Shown here one piece after another: positions 47,334 through 55,467 of a stretch of 64,000 bases of DNA (the stretch's first letter is position 1; each line of letters begins with the position of its first letter). Origin of the DNA: an uncultured Bacteroidales bacterium (GTDB lineage: Bacteria; Bacteroidota; Bacteroidia; Bacteroidales; Bacteroidaceae); assembly GCA_902775385.1 (NCBI GenBank), contig CACYMI010000001.1:22442-86441 (forward strand). Reading direction: 5' to 3'. Both the position numbers and the translations under genes were made by a program. The notes under the pieces were generated by a model. That model made no database searches and was not told the DNA's origin. It was given only the letters and a program-made list of their open reading frames with translations.

Positions 47334-49433
47334 CTATAGTTTTATCTTAAACGAGGCGAAGACGCATCTCCCGGGGTGCAGTGTGGAGAAGTTGCTGTTC
47401 CAGGGACGTGTATCACGGGTATTGAGGATATTCTCTATCCCGAGACCGGGCGTCAGCTCCGCATGCTTCAGGTAGAAGGTGTGCGTGGTATGGAGATCGA
47501 ACTGCGTAAAGCCGGGAGCCCATCCGTAGCTGGTACTCCAACGGCCACTCTGCAGATGACCGTTCAGGTCGATGCAGAAACGGTAGTTGCCCCATGTGCG
47601 TCCCCAACCGGCAAACACGCGCCCACAATGACGGATGCTGCGGTCGGTAGGTTCCGTAATAATCTCATACTGCCGCGTCACGGAATTCATTCGCAGCGTC
47701 TCTGCCTCTGTATCCGTAAAGGTATAGGCTCCACCCAGGCGTATGTTTTGCGGCAGATAGAATGTTGCGCTCAGATGGAGCCCTTTAACCTTCGCCTTGT
47801 CAATATTGTCTCTTTGCTGGTATTTCGTAGCGGTAGGATATTTGGCATCCAGTCCGCAGGCCACCACCTCGGCATCGGTAAGCACGCGGTAGGAAATCAT
47901 ATCGCGGACATCATTGATAAAGGCGCTGGCTCTCATACTGACCCATGAGTTGTTATATTCTACCCCAACGGTGTAGTAGTTGCTTTTCTCGGGCTTCAGA
48001 TCCTGATTGCCGATTGTGACATTCTTGGTCTCGTCATTCTCGTAATACATCTGTAAGAGAGTTGGCGTACGGTAACCTGTGCTGTATCCGGCACGCAGAC
48101 GAAACCTGCCCGGACTGTACATAAGGGCAATGCTGGGGGTAGCATAGCTGCCAAAGTTGCGGTTATGGATATAACGGATGCCCAAGACGCCCTGCAGGTT
48201 CTTCAGCAATCGCATCTCGTCCTGGGCAAACAACGAGACGGTGTACATGGTCCGGAAGGAGAAGTTATAGCTCTCATACGTTTCATGCACATACTCGGCG
48301 CCTGCCGACAGCTTATTCCAACTGCCCAGACGGAAGATACCTTTCAGTGTGCCGTTATAATAATGTGTACGCTTGGTCAGTTGGGTACCGCCGGGACGGT
48401 ACGTATCAAACGAATCGCGCTCGCTCATCAGGTTATCGCTATAGAAGTCGGCCTCCAGATACGTCTTGCCGCTCAACTTCCATACGGCACCTGCGCCGTA
48501 CATATAATCCTGATGGTGAAGGTCATAGCTGTAAGCCTCTTTCTCGGTATAAATGGTATCCAGGACGCCGGCGGCATTCTTCTTGACGGACCCCTTAAAG
48601 TAATGGGCCATCTGCGGACGCACGGTATGGTAATCATAGAAACTGCCTTTCAGATATACCGAGACACCATGGCCCATGTCCCAGGTGAGGCGCTGGTTCA
48701 GCTGGTTGCTATGGAATCCCTGGCTCATCACCCTACCGGTTGGCATCAGACGGCCCATTACCTCCTCGGTCCGGTTAACTTGCCAGTTGCCGGACTGCCT
48801 GTGCTGGAAGGAGGTGCTGCTAATGAGGCGTCCATGCCGGGCATCTGCTGAGAGACTTTGCGTGAAACGTCCCCCGCTGGTGTAGGAGGTAGAGGAACGG
48901 ACATTGAATACCGGCCCCTGCGCATCATCCCCGGCCGATGACGGAGCCGTCATGGACGGAGCCATGGTGATGATATTGATGACACCGCCTATGGCATCGC
49001 TTCCGTAAAGGGCCGAGCCGGCACCGGAAAGGACTTCAATACGCTTTACATTAGCCATATTGATGCGCGTATAACGGTCATCGCCCGTCAGTCGCTTCCC
49101 ATCCTCTAATATCAGGATGTAATCCTCGTTGAGACCATTCATCATCATGGTGGTCCCCATACCGTTAGTCATGGTGGTAATGCTGCTGGTAAGTTGCCTC
49201 AAGGCATCCTCGAGGCTGGTTACATGCATGCGCTGCAGATCCCCGGCCGTCAGCACCTGTACGGGTACGACAGCATTCTGAGCTCTGCTATGGGTTCCCG
49301 TCCCGGTAACAACCACTTGCGCCAGTTCTCTGTTTCGCATGGTGCTGTCCGGCGCGGATTTCTGAGCCCGTACCGCGACAAGACAAAGCGTGTGACTCAT
49401 TAAGACAAATAACAAAGCATAAAAATGCCTCAC
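47334..49433 (-). CDS. TonB-dependent receptor (BtuB-like), first gene behind the cobalamin riboswitch
   Basis: Plug motif VKRIEVLSGAGSALYGSDAIGGVINIIT. The annotated start codon is GTG (the plus strand reads CAC at 49431-49433). The first in-frame ATG is at codon 12. Confidence 0.88.
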   Translation of the reverse strand: MRHFYALLFVLMSHTLCLVAVRAQKSAPDSTMRNRELAQVVVTGTGTHSRAQNAVVPVQVLTAGDLQRMHVTSLEDALRQLTSSITTMTNGMGTTMMMNGLNEDYILILEDGKRLTGDDRYTRINMANVKRIEVLSGAGSALYGSDAIGGVINIITMAPSMTAPSSAGDDAQGPVFNVRSSTSYTSGGRFTQSLSADARHGRLISSTSFQHRQSGNWQVNRTEEVMGRLMPTGRVMSQGFHSNQLNQRLTWDMGHGVSVYLKGSFYDYHTVRPQMAHYFKGSVKKNAAGVLDTIYTEKEAYSYDLHHQDYMYGAGAVWKLSGKTYLEADFYSDNLMSERDSFDTYRPGGTQLTKRTHYYNGTLKGIFRLGSWNKLSAGAEYVHETYESYNFSFRTMYTVSLFAQDEMRLLKNLQGVLGIRYIHNRNFGSYATPSIALMYSPGRFRLRAGYSTGYRTPTLLQMYYENDETKNVTIGNQDLKPEKSNYYTVGVEYNNSWVSMRASAFINDVRDMISYRVLTDAEVVACGLDAKYPTATKYQQRDNIDKAKVKGLHLSATFYLPQNIRLGGAYTFTDTEAETLRMNSVTRQYEIITEPTDRSIRHCGRVFAGWGRTWGNYRFCIDLNGHLQSGRWSTSYGWAPGFTQFDLHTTHTFYLKHAELTPGLGIENILNTRDTRPWNSNFSTLHPGRCVFASFKIKL

Positions 49434-49494
49434 TTACTGGAATCCTCATTTTTTTGCCCGCTATATTCCCGTAGCAGAGCTGGTTTGACATACT

Positions 49495-49680
49495 GAAGCA
49501 TCACAGGCAGGTTTCCTGACTTTGCCCTGAACGTGCGCCTTCCCATCGGTTAAGCTTCCCGAAAGTGGCTTTATCGCACCTTCAATAACAGGCATCTACA
49601 GTAGCGGGTACTGTTCCGGATTCACACCGGATTCCCTCTCTGTCCTCTGGCTGCTGACCAAGGACATCACCTGAATGCGA
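49495..49680 (-). promoter_or_regulatory. Cobalamin (B12) riboswitch
   Basis: The minus-strand RNA contains GAGAGGGAAUCCGGUGUGAAUCCGGAACAGUACCCGCUACUGUAG, GCCACUUUCGGGAAGC, GGGAAGGCG and the B12 box AGUCAGGAAACCUGCC. The boundaries are approximate. Confidence 0.88.
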
Positions 49681-49682
49681 GG

Positions 49683-49690
49683 CAAAGATA
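49683..49690 (-). promoter_or_regulatory. -7 promoter box (TATCTTTG on the minus strand) driving the riboswitch leader
   Basis: The plus strand reads CAAAGATA, which gives a TAnnTTTG match on the minus strand just upstream of the riboswitch. Confidence 0.5.
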
Positions 49691-49733
49691 CAATTTTTTT
49701 TTATAACGATGTACGTCCTTTGTACATTTTTTG

Positions 49734-49741
49734 TACTTTTG
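49734..49741 (+). promoter_or_regulatory. -7 promoter box TACTTTTG for cbiA-cobS-cobU-cobT
   Basis: Exact TAnnTTTG match, 19 nt upstream of the ATG at 49760. Confidence 0.5.
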
Positions 49742-49759
49742 CATCAGAAAAGCAAAACT

Positions 49760-51007
49760 ATGCCAGAGAAGAAAAAGGTATTCCTCATAGCCGCAGCATC
49801 GTCGGGAAGCGGTAAGACAACCCTTACCATCGGTTTGCTCCGCGCCCTTCGGAACAAGGGCTACAGGGTGCAGCCCTTCAAGTGCGGACCTGATTACATC
49901 GACCCGCTTTACCACCGCATAGCCTGCGAAAGGGATTCTGTGAACCTGGACACATGGATGCAGTCCGAAGAGGTGGTGAAGCGGACTTTCAGGCGCTACA
50001 GCCAGGATGCTGATGTCTGTATTGTGGAAGGTGTGATGGGACTGTACGACGGGGCCGACGGCATACGTGGCAGTAGTGCCGAGGTGGCTGAGCTACTGGG
50101 AATCCCCGTGGTGCTGGTTATTAACGCCCGCAGCATGGCACACAGCATAGCGCCTATCCTGAAGGGGTATCTGACCTACCGGCCCGACACACAAATTGCC
50201 GGAGTCATATTCAATAATGTAGGGAGTCCGCACCACGAGCAGATGCTACGTCATGCGGCCGAGGAGGTAGGGATGCCCGTCATTGGCAGTATTCCCCGCA
50301 TGAGGGAACTGTATTCTCCCAGTCGGCATTTAGGTCTGGACATCAGCGAGACCGACAGGATAAGCCAACTGGCAGAGAAGGTTGCCGAAGTGATTGAGCC
50401 CCTGGTTAATCCACTATTCGGAGAATCACCTGCCTTCAGCTATCAGCTTCCCGCTTCCGACCCGGCGCCCGACAGGCTTATATACGTAGCCCGTGACGCG
50501 GCATTCAACTTTATGTACCGTCAGACAATAGATTACCTGTGCGAACGGGGCAAGGTGCGCTTTTTCTCTCCCCTTGCCAACGAGACGGTTCCAGAGGATG
50601 CCGACATGATCTTTCTGCCCGGCGGTTATCCGGAGCTATTCCTGCCGCAGCTTTCAAAAAGTCAGGCCACAATGGAATCCCTGCGTCAGACACATGCCCG
50701 TATCTGGGCAGAATGCGGGGGTATGATGTACCTCTCGGAAGGAATAGATAATACGGACTTGTCAGGGCTCCTGCCCTTCCGCACCACCATGCAGGACGCT
50801 CGTCTGCACCTGGGATACCGAAGCATGAAGGCAGGCGGCAAGGAACTCCGCGGACATGAGTTTCACTACTCCCGCATTATGGGTACGCCTCCCAAATCCG
50901 ACATCCGACTCTATGATGCCCAGGGGCAGCCCGTAACAACGGGATTCTACATCCATAACAACATATATGCGGGCTACACTCATTGGTTGTATCCCTTACT
51001 ACCGTAG
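49760..51007 (+). CDS. cbiA: Cobyrinate a,c-diamide synthase
   Basis: Start chosen at MPEKKKVFLIAAASSGSGKTTLT (P-loop). The C-terminal GATase carries WAECGGMMYL. Confidence 0.92.
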   Translation: MPEKKKVFLIAAASSGSGKTTLTIGLLRALRNKGYRVQPFKCGPDYIDPLYHRIACERDSVNLDTWMQSEEVVKRTFRRYSQDADVCIVEGVMGLYDGADGIRGSSAEVAELLGIPVVLVINARSMAHSIAPILKGYLTYRPDTQIAGVIFNNVGSPHHEQMLRHAAEEVGMPVIGSIPRMRELYSPSRHLGLDISETDRISQLAEKVAEVIEPLVNPLFGESPAFSYQLPASDPAPDRLIYVARDAAFNFMYRQTIDYLCERGKVRFFSPLANETVPEDADMIFLPGGYPELFLPQLSKSQATMESLRQTHARIWAECGGMMYLSEGIDNTDLSGLLPFRTTMQDARLHLGYRSMKAGGKELRGHEFHYSRIMGTPPKSDIRLYDAQGQPVTTGFYIHNNIYAGYTHWLYPLLP

Positions 51008-51017
51008 AAAAAAAATT

Positions 51018-51809
51018 ATGCAAGCAGAAAATAATAATAACATCAGATGGTACGACCGCCTTTGGGCTGCATTTATCTTCTTTACCCGACTGCCGTTTTA
51101 CCGCCTACATCAACCGCCTGTGGAAAGTTACCGCTCTGTGGTGGAGTATTGGCCCCTGACCGGATGGCTGACAGGCGGACTGATGGCCGCCATACTATGG
51201 GCTGGCAGCATGTATCTGCCGTATATGGCAGCCATCCTGCTGGCAATGACGGCAAGGCTGCTGGCAACGGGAGCCCTGCATGAAGACGGGCTGGCCGACT
51301 TCCTGGACGGCTTTGGCGGAGGGGGCTCCGACCGCGAACGCATACTTACCATCATGAAGGACTCGCACATCGGGACCTATGGCGTGCTGGGACTTGTCAT
51401 TTATGAGATGCTGCTGTTTGTAACCCTATGCTCTATGACTCCCCGAATGGCCGCCCTGACTATCCTGGCGGCAACACCATACGCCAGGATGCTGACAGCC
51501 CAACTGATTATGATGATGCCTTATGCCCGTAAGGAAGAGGAGGCTAAGGCTAGGATGATATACCGTAAGATGGACTGGCGGACAAGCATTGGCATTACCA
51601 TTCAGGGGCTACTGCCCATGGTTGGATTTCTGTGCTGGACAGGTATGGAATGGGAGACGGTCATCTTTATCCCCTGCTTAGTGATGTATTTCCTGTATCT
51701 TCTCATCTGGAAGAAGTTGCATGGCTATACAGGCGACTGCTGCGGCGCCGTCTGCCTAATCACGGAACTCAGCACCATGCTGGCATTTTGTGTTCAAAGT
51801 ATTCAATAA
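51018..51809 (+). CDS. cobS: Adenosylcobinamide-GDP ribazoletransferase (cobalamin synthase)
   Basis: Start chosen at MQAENNN. Motifs FFTRLP and HEDGLADFLDGFGGG. Polytopic membrane protein. Confidence 0.92.
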   Translation: MQAENNNNIRWYDRLWAAFIFFTRLPFYRLHQPPVESYRSVVEYWPLTGWLTGGLMAAILWAGSMYLPYMAAILLAMTARLLATGALHEDGLADFLDGFGGGGSDRERILTIMKDSHIGTYGVLGLVIYEMLLFVTLCSMTPRMAALTILAATPYARMLTAQLIMMMPYARKEEEAKARMIYRKMDWRTSIGITIQGLLPMVGFLCWTGMEWETVIFIPCLVMYFLYLLIWKKLHGYTGDCCGAVCLITELSTMLAFCVQSIQ

Positions 51810-51812
51810 TCA

Positions 51813-52349
51813 ATGAAAAGAATCATTCTCATCACGGGCGGACAGCGTTCCGGCAAAAGCCGCAAGGCTGAGGAACTGGCATTAAGCCTTTCACAAAGTC
51901 CCGTCTATCTGGCTACGGCACATATCTGGGACGAGGAATTCAAGGAGCGTGTGCGGAAACATCAGGAGCGTCGCGGCCCTGAGTGGACGAACATAGAGGA
52001 GGAGGTTTGCCTGAGTGAGCATAATCTGACAGGACGCGTAGTGGTCATAGACTGCATAACGCTCTGGCTGACCAACTTTATCAGCCTGGCTCCTACCCCC
52101 TCCACAGAGGGAGAGAGAACCCTGAATGTAGATTTCATCCTGGCGAAAGCAAAAGCGGAGTTTGATGCCTTTACCGCCCACGATGCCACATATATTTTTG
52201 TCACCAACGAGATTGGAAGCGGCGGCGTAAGCGACAATGCGCTACAGCGTCGGTTTACCGACCTGCAAGGCTGGATGAATCAGTATATCGCACAGAAAGC
52301 CGACGAGGTAATACTGATGGTGAGCGGAATAGAAGTGAAGATAAAATAA
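51813..52349 (+). CDS. cobU: Bifunctional adenosylcobinamide kinase / adenosylcobinamide-phosphate guanylyltransferase
   Basis: P-loop ILITGGQRSGKS; 178 aa. Confidence 0.92.
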   Translation: MKRIILITGGQRSGKSRKAEELALSLSQSPVYLATAHIWDEEFKERVRKHQERRGPEWTNIEEEVCLSEHNLTGRVVVIDCITLWLTNFISLAPTPSTEGERTLNVDFILAKAKAEFDAFTAHDATYIFVTNEIGSGGVSDNALQRRFTDLQGWMNQYIAQKADEVILMVSGIEVKIK

Positions 52350-52398
52350 AATGCCCCCACTAAGGAGGAGGTGGGGGAGTTGACGAGAGACTCATGAT

Positions 52399-53487
52399 AT
52401 GAAGGAATTCGACATAAAGCCTTTGGACCGCTCAATGCAGACGGCCATCCAAGATAAGATAGACAATCTGAACAAGCCTAAGGGTTCGCTGGGCCGCCTG
52501 GAGGAACTGGCCCTACAGATATGTATGATTCAGCATACATTGGAGCCCAGTCTGGCCCACCCCTGCCATCTTCTTCTGGGGGGTGACCACGGCATTGAGC
52601 GTGAGGGGGTCAGCGTCTCTCCGCGCGAAGTTACCTGGCAGCAGATGCTTAACTTCACCCGTGGCGGTGGTGGTGTGAACATGTTCTGCCGTCAGCATGG
52701 ATTTAAATTGAGAATCGTGGATGTGGGAGTGGACTACAGCCTCTGCCCTAACCCCTCTCCCGTGGGCGAGGGAAACATCGTGGGCGAGGGGAACATCGTG
52801 TTCCTCGACCGCAAGATTGCCCGTGGCACGAAGAACTTCCTATACGAGCCGGCAATGACAGAGGAGGAGTATGACCGTGCCATACTGACAGGGAGCGACC
52901 TGGTGGACGACTGCATAGCCGAGGGATGCCGCGTGCTGAGCATAGGTGAGATGGGTATTGCCAATACCTCGCCCAGCAGCATCTGGATGCACCTCTTCTG
53001 TAATATCCCATTGAAAGAATGTATAGGAGCCGGAGCCGGACTTGACAACGAAGGCATCCGCCACAAATACGAAGTGCTCTCACGCGCGATAGCAAACTGC
53101 CAACTGTCAACTGCCAACTGCCAACCGGACGAAATCATCCGTTACTTCGGAGGCTTCGAGATGGTTGCCGCCATAGGAGCTATGCTTAGAGCTGCCGAAA
53201 AACACCTTATAATATTGGTGGACGGTTTTATCATGACGGCCTGCGCTCTTGCGGCCTCCCGCCTCTGTCCGGCCGTTCGGGAATACATGATTCTGACCCA
53301 TTGCGGAGATGAGTCTGGACACAAGCGGATGCTTGATGCGATGGGAGCCAAACCCCTTCTTCACCTGGGTCTTCGCCTGGGCGAGGGGACGGGGGCGCTC
53401 TGCGCCTTCCCCATCATAGACTCCGCCGTCCGGATGGTGAACGAGATGAACAACTTCAAGAATGCGAAAATCACCAAGTACTTCTGA
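52399..53487 (+). CDS. cobT: Nicotinate-nucleotide--dimethylbenzimidazole phosphoribosyltransferase
   Basis: Motifs KPKGSLGRLEELA, IGEMGIANTS and LGEGTGA. The gene contains two repeat-derived in-frame segments (52751-52800 and 53095-53126). Confidence 0.9.
   Translation: MKEFDIKPLDRSMQTAIQDKIDNLNKPKGSLGRLEELALQICMIQHTLEPSLAHPCHLLLGGDHGIEREGVSVSPREVTWQQMLNFTRGGGGVNMFCRQHGFKLRIVDVGVDYSLCPNPSPVGEGNIVGEGNIVFLDRKIARGTKNFLYEPAMTEEEYDRAILTGSDLVDDCIAEGCRVLSIGEMGIANTSPSSIWMHLFCNIPLKECIGAGAGLDNEGIRHKYEVLSRAIANCQLSTANCQPDEIIRYFGGFEMVAAIGAMLRAAEKHLIILVDGFIMTACALAASRLCPAVREYMILTHCGDESGHKRMLDAMGAKPLLHLGLRLGEGTGALCAFPIIDSAVRMVNEMNNFKNAKITKYF
52762..52797 (+). repeat. In-frame tandem 18-mer inside cobT (GTGGGCGAGGGRAACATC x2)
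   Basis: The units at 52762-52779 and 52780-52797 differ at one base and encode VGEGNI VGEGNI. Confidence 0.9.
53095..53126 (+). repeat. In-frame heptamer satellite (AACTGYC) x4 inside cobT
   Basis: aactgcc aactgtc aactgcc aactgcc aacc. This is the reverse-complement phase of the intergenic AGTTGAC satellite at 25702-25733. Confidence 0.85.
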
Positions 53488-54454
53488 CCAGCAACCAGCC
53501 GCAGACAATCAGCAGCATTAATACCTCGGCCGTCAGATTCACGCGGAGGGCTTTCTTCATATCCTCAGTATTCAGAAGACGATTATTCTCACCGATAAAA
53601 GGCTTGTCAAAAAGCTCTCCAAAGTAATAATGCGGACCTCCGAAGCGGCAGTTCAGGATGGCGGCAAGGGCGGCTTCGGGATAGCCGCTGTTGGGAGAAG
53701 CATGGTTGCGCCCGTTAGTACGGACGAAAGTGAGAAGCGAAAAGCGTGAAGTGAGGAATCTGCCAATGCCGTGAGGATGGAAGGAAACAAGTCTTGGCAG
53801 TATCATCAGCAAGGCTGTCAGACGTGCGGGGATGTAATTGGCTATATCGTCTATGCGGGCTGCCCAGCAACCGAAATCCTTATATCGCTCTGTTTTGTAG
53901 CCTATCATGGAATCGAGGGTGTTCACCATCTTGTATGCCATCATGCCCGGAACACCCAGCAACGCAAACCAGAAGAGGGGTGCCACTACACCGTCAGAAA
54001 GATTCTCGGCTAAAGTTTCCAAGGCTGCCGTGCGGACTTCCTGCGCCGACAATTCCTTAGTATCACGCCCTACAATGCGAGCCACCTGCCTGCGGCCTTC
54101 CTCTAACGAGCGGTCGAGGGCCTGGAAAACCATCCTGACTTCCTGCCGTAATGTGTGCCCCGCTAAACAGTAGAAAACAAGCAGAAGCCCCAATACCGTC
54201 TCCGCCCAAGTGGGGAGAACATAGAACAGAAGTCCTGTAACAGTGAAGGTGAGGATGATAAGGGTGAGGGCCACAAGAGCGCCCTTGAACTTACGGTGGG
54301 AGCCCCGGTTCAGTTTACACTCACAAAATGCGATGGCTTTGCCGAACCATACCACAGGATGCGGCAACCGCTGGGGATCACCTAAGAGAAGGTCCAGCAG
54401 CCAGCCTGAAAGAAGCGGAAGAATAGCATTTATGAATGTTACAGGCATATCCAT
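53471..54454 (-). CDS. cbiB: Adenosylcobinamide-phosphate synthase
   Basis: N-terminal LLGDPQRLPHPVVWFGK motif; membrane protein. Its 3' end overlaps the cobT 3' end by 17 nt (convergent genes). Confidence 0.9.
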   Translation of the reverse strand: MDMPVTFINAILPLLSGWLLDLLLGDPQRLPHPVVWFGKAIAFCECKLNRGSHRKFKGALVALTLIILTFTVTGLLFYVLPTWAETVLGLLLVFYCLAGHTLRQEVRMVFQALDRSLEEGRRQVARIVGRDTKELSAQEVRTAALETLAENLSDGVVAPLFWFALLGVPGMMAYKMVNTLDSMIGYKTERYKDFGCWAARIDDIANYIPARLTALLMILPRLVSFHPHGIGRFLTSRFSLLTFVRTNGRNHASPNSGYPEAALAAILNCRFGGPHYYFGELFDKPFIGENNRLLNTEDMKKALRVNLTAEVLMLLIVCGWLLVRSTW

Positions 54455-55467
54455 TCCTCTATCGCATGTATTAAGGTGTCGTTTTCGCTCTTATCCTGCA
54501 CGGCAATGCGGAAGAATGTCCCGTCAAGACCTTCGAAGTTGCCGGCATCCCGTATCAGCAACCCATGTTCGGTAGCCAGATACTCCTTCAGCGCTGCAGA
54601 CTTACCCATCCTAAGTCTGCAAAGCATGAAATGTGTCTGTGAGGGCCAGACCTCTATGCATCCCATAGCGGAAAGCCTACCGGCTACACGCTGACGTTCC
54701 TGTAGCAATGCATGAACAGGAAGGATAAATTCATCGGGGTGAGCCAGCAGATAAAAGCCTGCGTCTATTGCCACCTGATTCACGGACCAGGGCATGCGCT
54801 GACGACGTATCTCGTTCAGCAAGCTCTTATGAGCCGTAATGTACCCCAACCGTAATCCAGGAATAGCGTATTCCTTGGTCATGGAATGCAACATCAGCAC
54901 ATTAGGATACCGACAGGCCTCGGCAGCTGAAAGCAAGGGCTCCTCTGTGAACGGTGCATAACTGGCATCTATAACAATAAGGGTATCAGGGTTCTTCTCA
55001 ATTGTTCGCACCAGTATTTCCGTGTCGATGACAGAGCCCGTAGGATTGTCGGGATTGCAGAGCCACAGCATAGTTCCGCCCTGATTATCACCCTTGCGGG
55101 AATGGAATTCACGCACAGAAGTAATATGGGTAATCTGATGCTCATGAATCCTGCAGGCATCACGGTACTCCGAGAAGGTTGGCATAAGAATAGAGGACTG
55201 ACTTCGACGGAACGTCTGGGCAATCAGATAAATAGCCTCTGTGGCTCCGTTGGTAACGCAGACTTCTTCCTTCTGGAGCCCTGACAAGCAGGCAAGACTC
55301 TCTTCCAAACGGGAGGGAGACGGTTCGGGATAGGAAACCACATTATCCAATTTGTCGGCCAAATAGCAGAAGAGCCCTTCATGGCAGAAATGGTTATAGA
55401 CATTGGAACTGAAGTTTACCTTAATGTCCTGATACTTGTATGCATCGTCGCCGTGTCCCTCAATCAT
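54439..55467 (-). CDS. cobD: L-threonine-O-3-phosphate decarboxylase (class I/II aminotransferase fold)
   Basis: PLP-lysine motif SMTKEYAIPGLRLGY. Position between cobQ and cbiB. Confidence 0.85.
   Translation of the reverse strand: MIEGHGDDAYKYQDIKVNFSSNVYNHFCHEGLFCYLADKLDNVVSYPEPSPSRLEESLACLSGLQKEEVCVTNGATEAIYLIAQTFRRSQSSILMPTFSEYRDACRIHEHQITHITSVREFHSRKGDNQGGTMLWLCNPDNPTGSVIDTEILVRTIEKNPDTLIVIDASYAPFTEEPLLSAAEACRYPNVLMLHSMTKEYAIPGLRLGYITAHKSLLNEIRRQRMPWSVNQVAIDAGFYLLAHPDEFILPVHALLQERQRVAGRLSAMGCIEVWPSQTHFMLCRLRMGKSAALKEYLATEHGLLIRDAGNFEGLDGTFFRIAVQDKSENDTLIHAIEEWICL

Noticed and set aside
52361-52370. AAGGAGGAG upstream of cobT read as a Shine-Dalgarno site.
   Set aside because: It lies 29-38 nt before the ATG, in the loop of the CCCCCAC/GTGGGGG hairpin. 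Bacteroidota generally do not rely on SD pairing.
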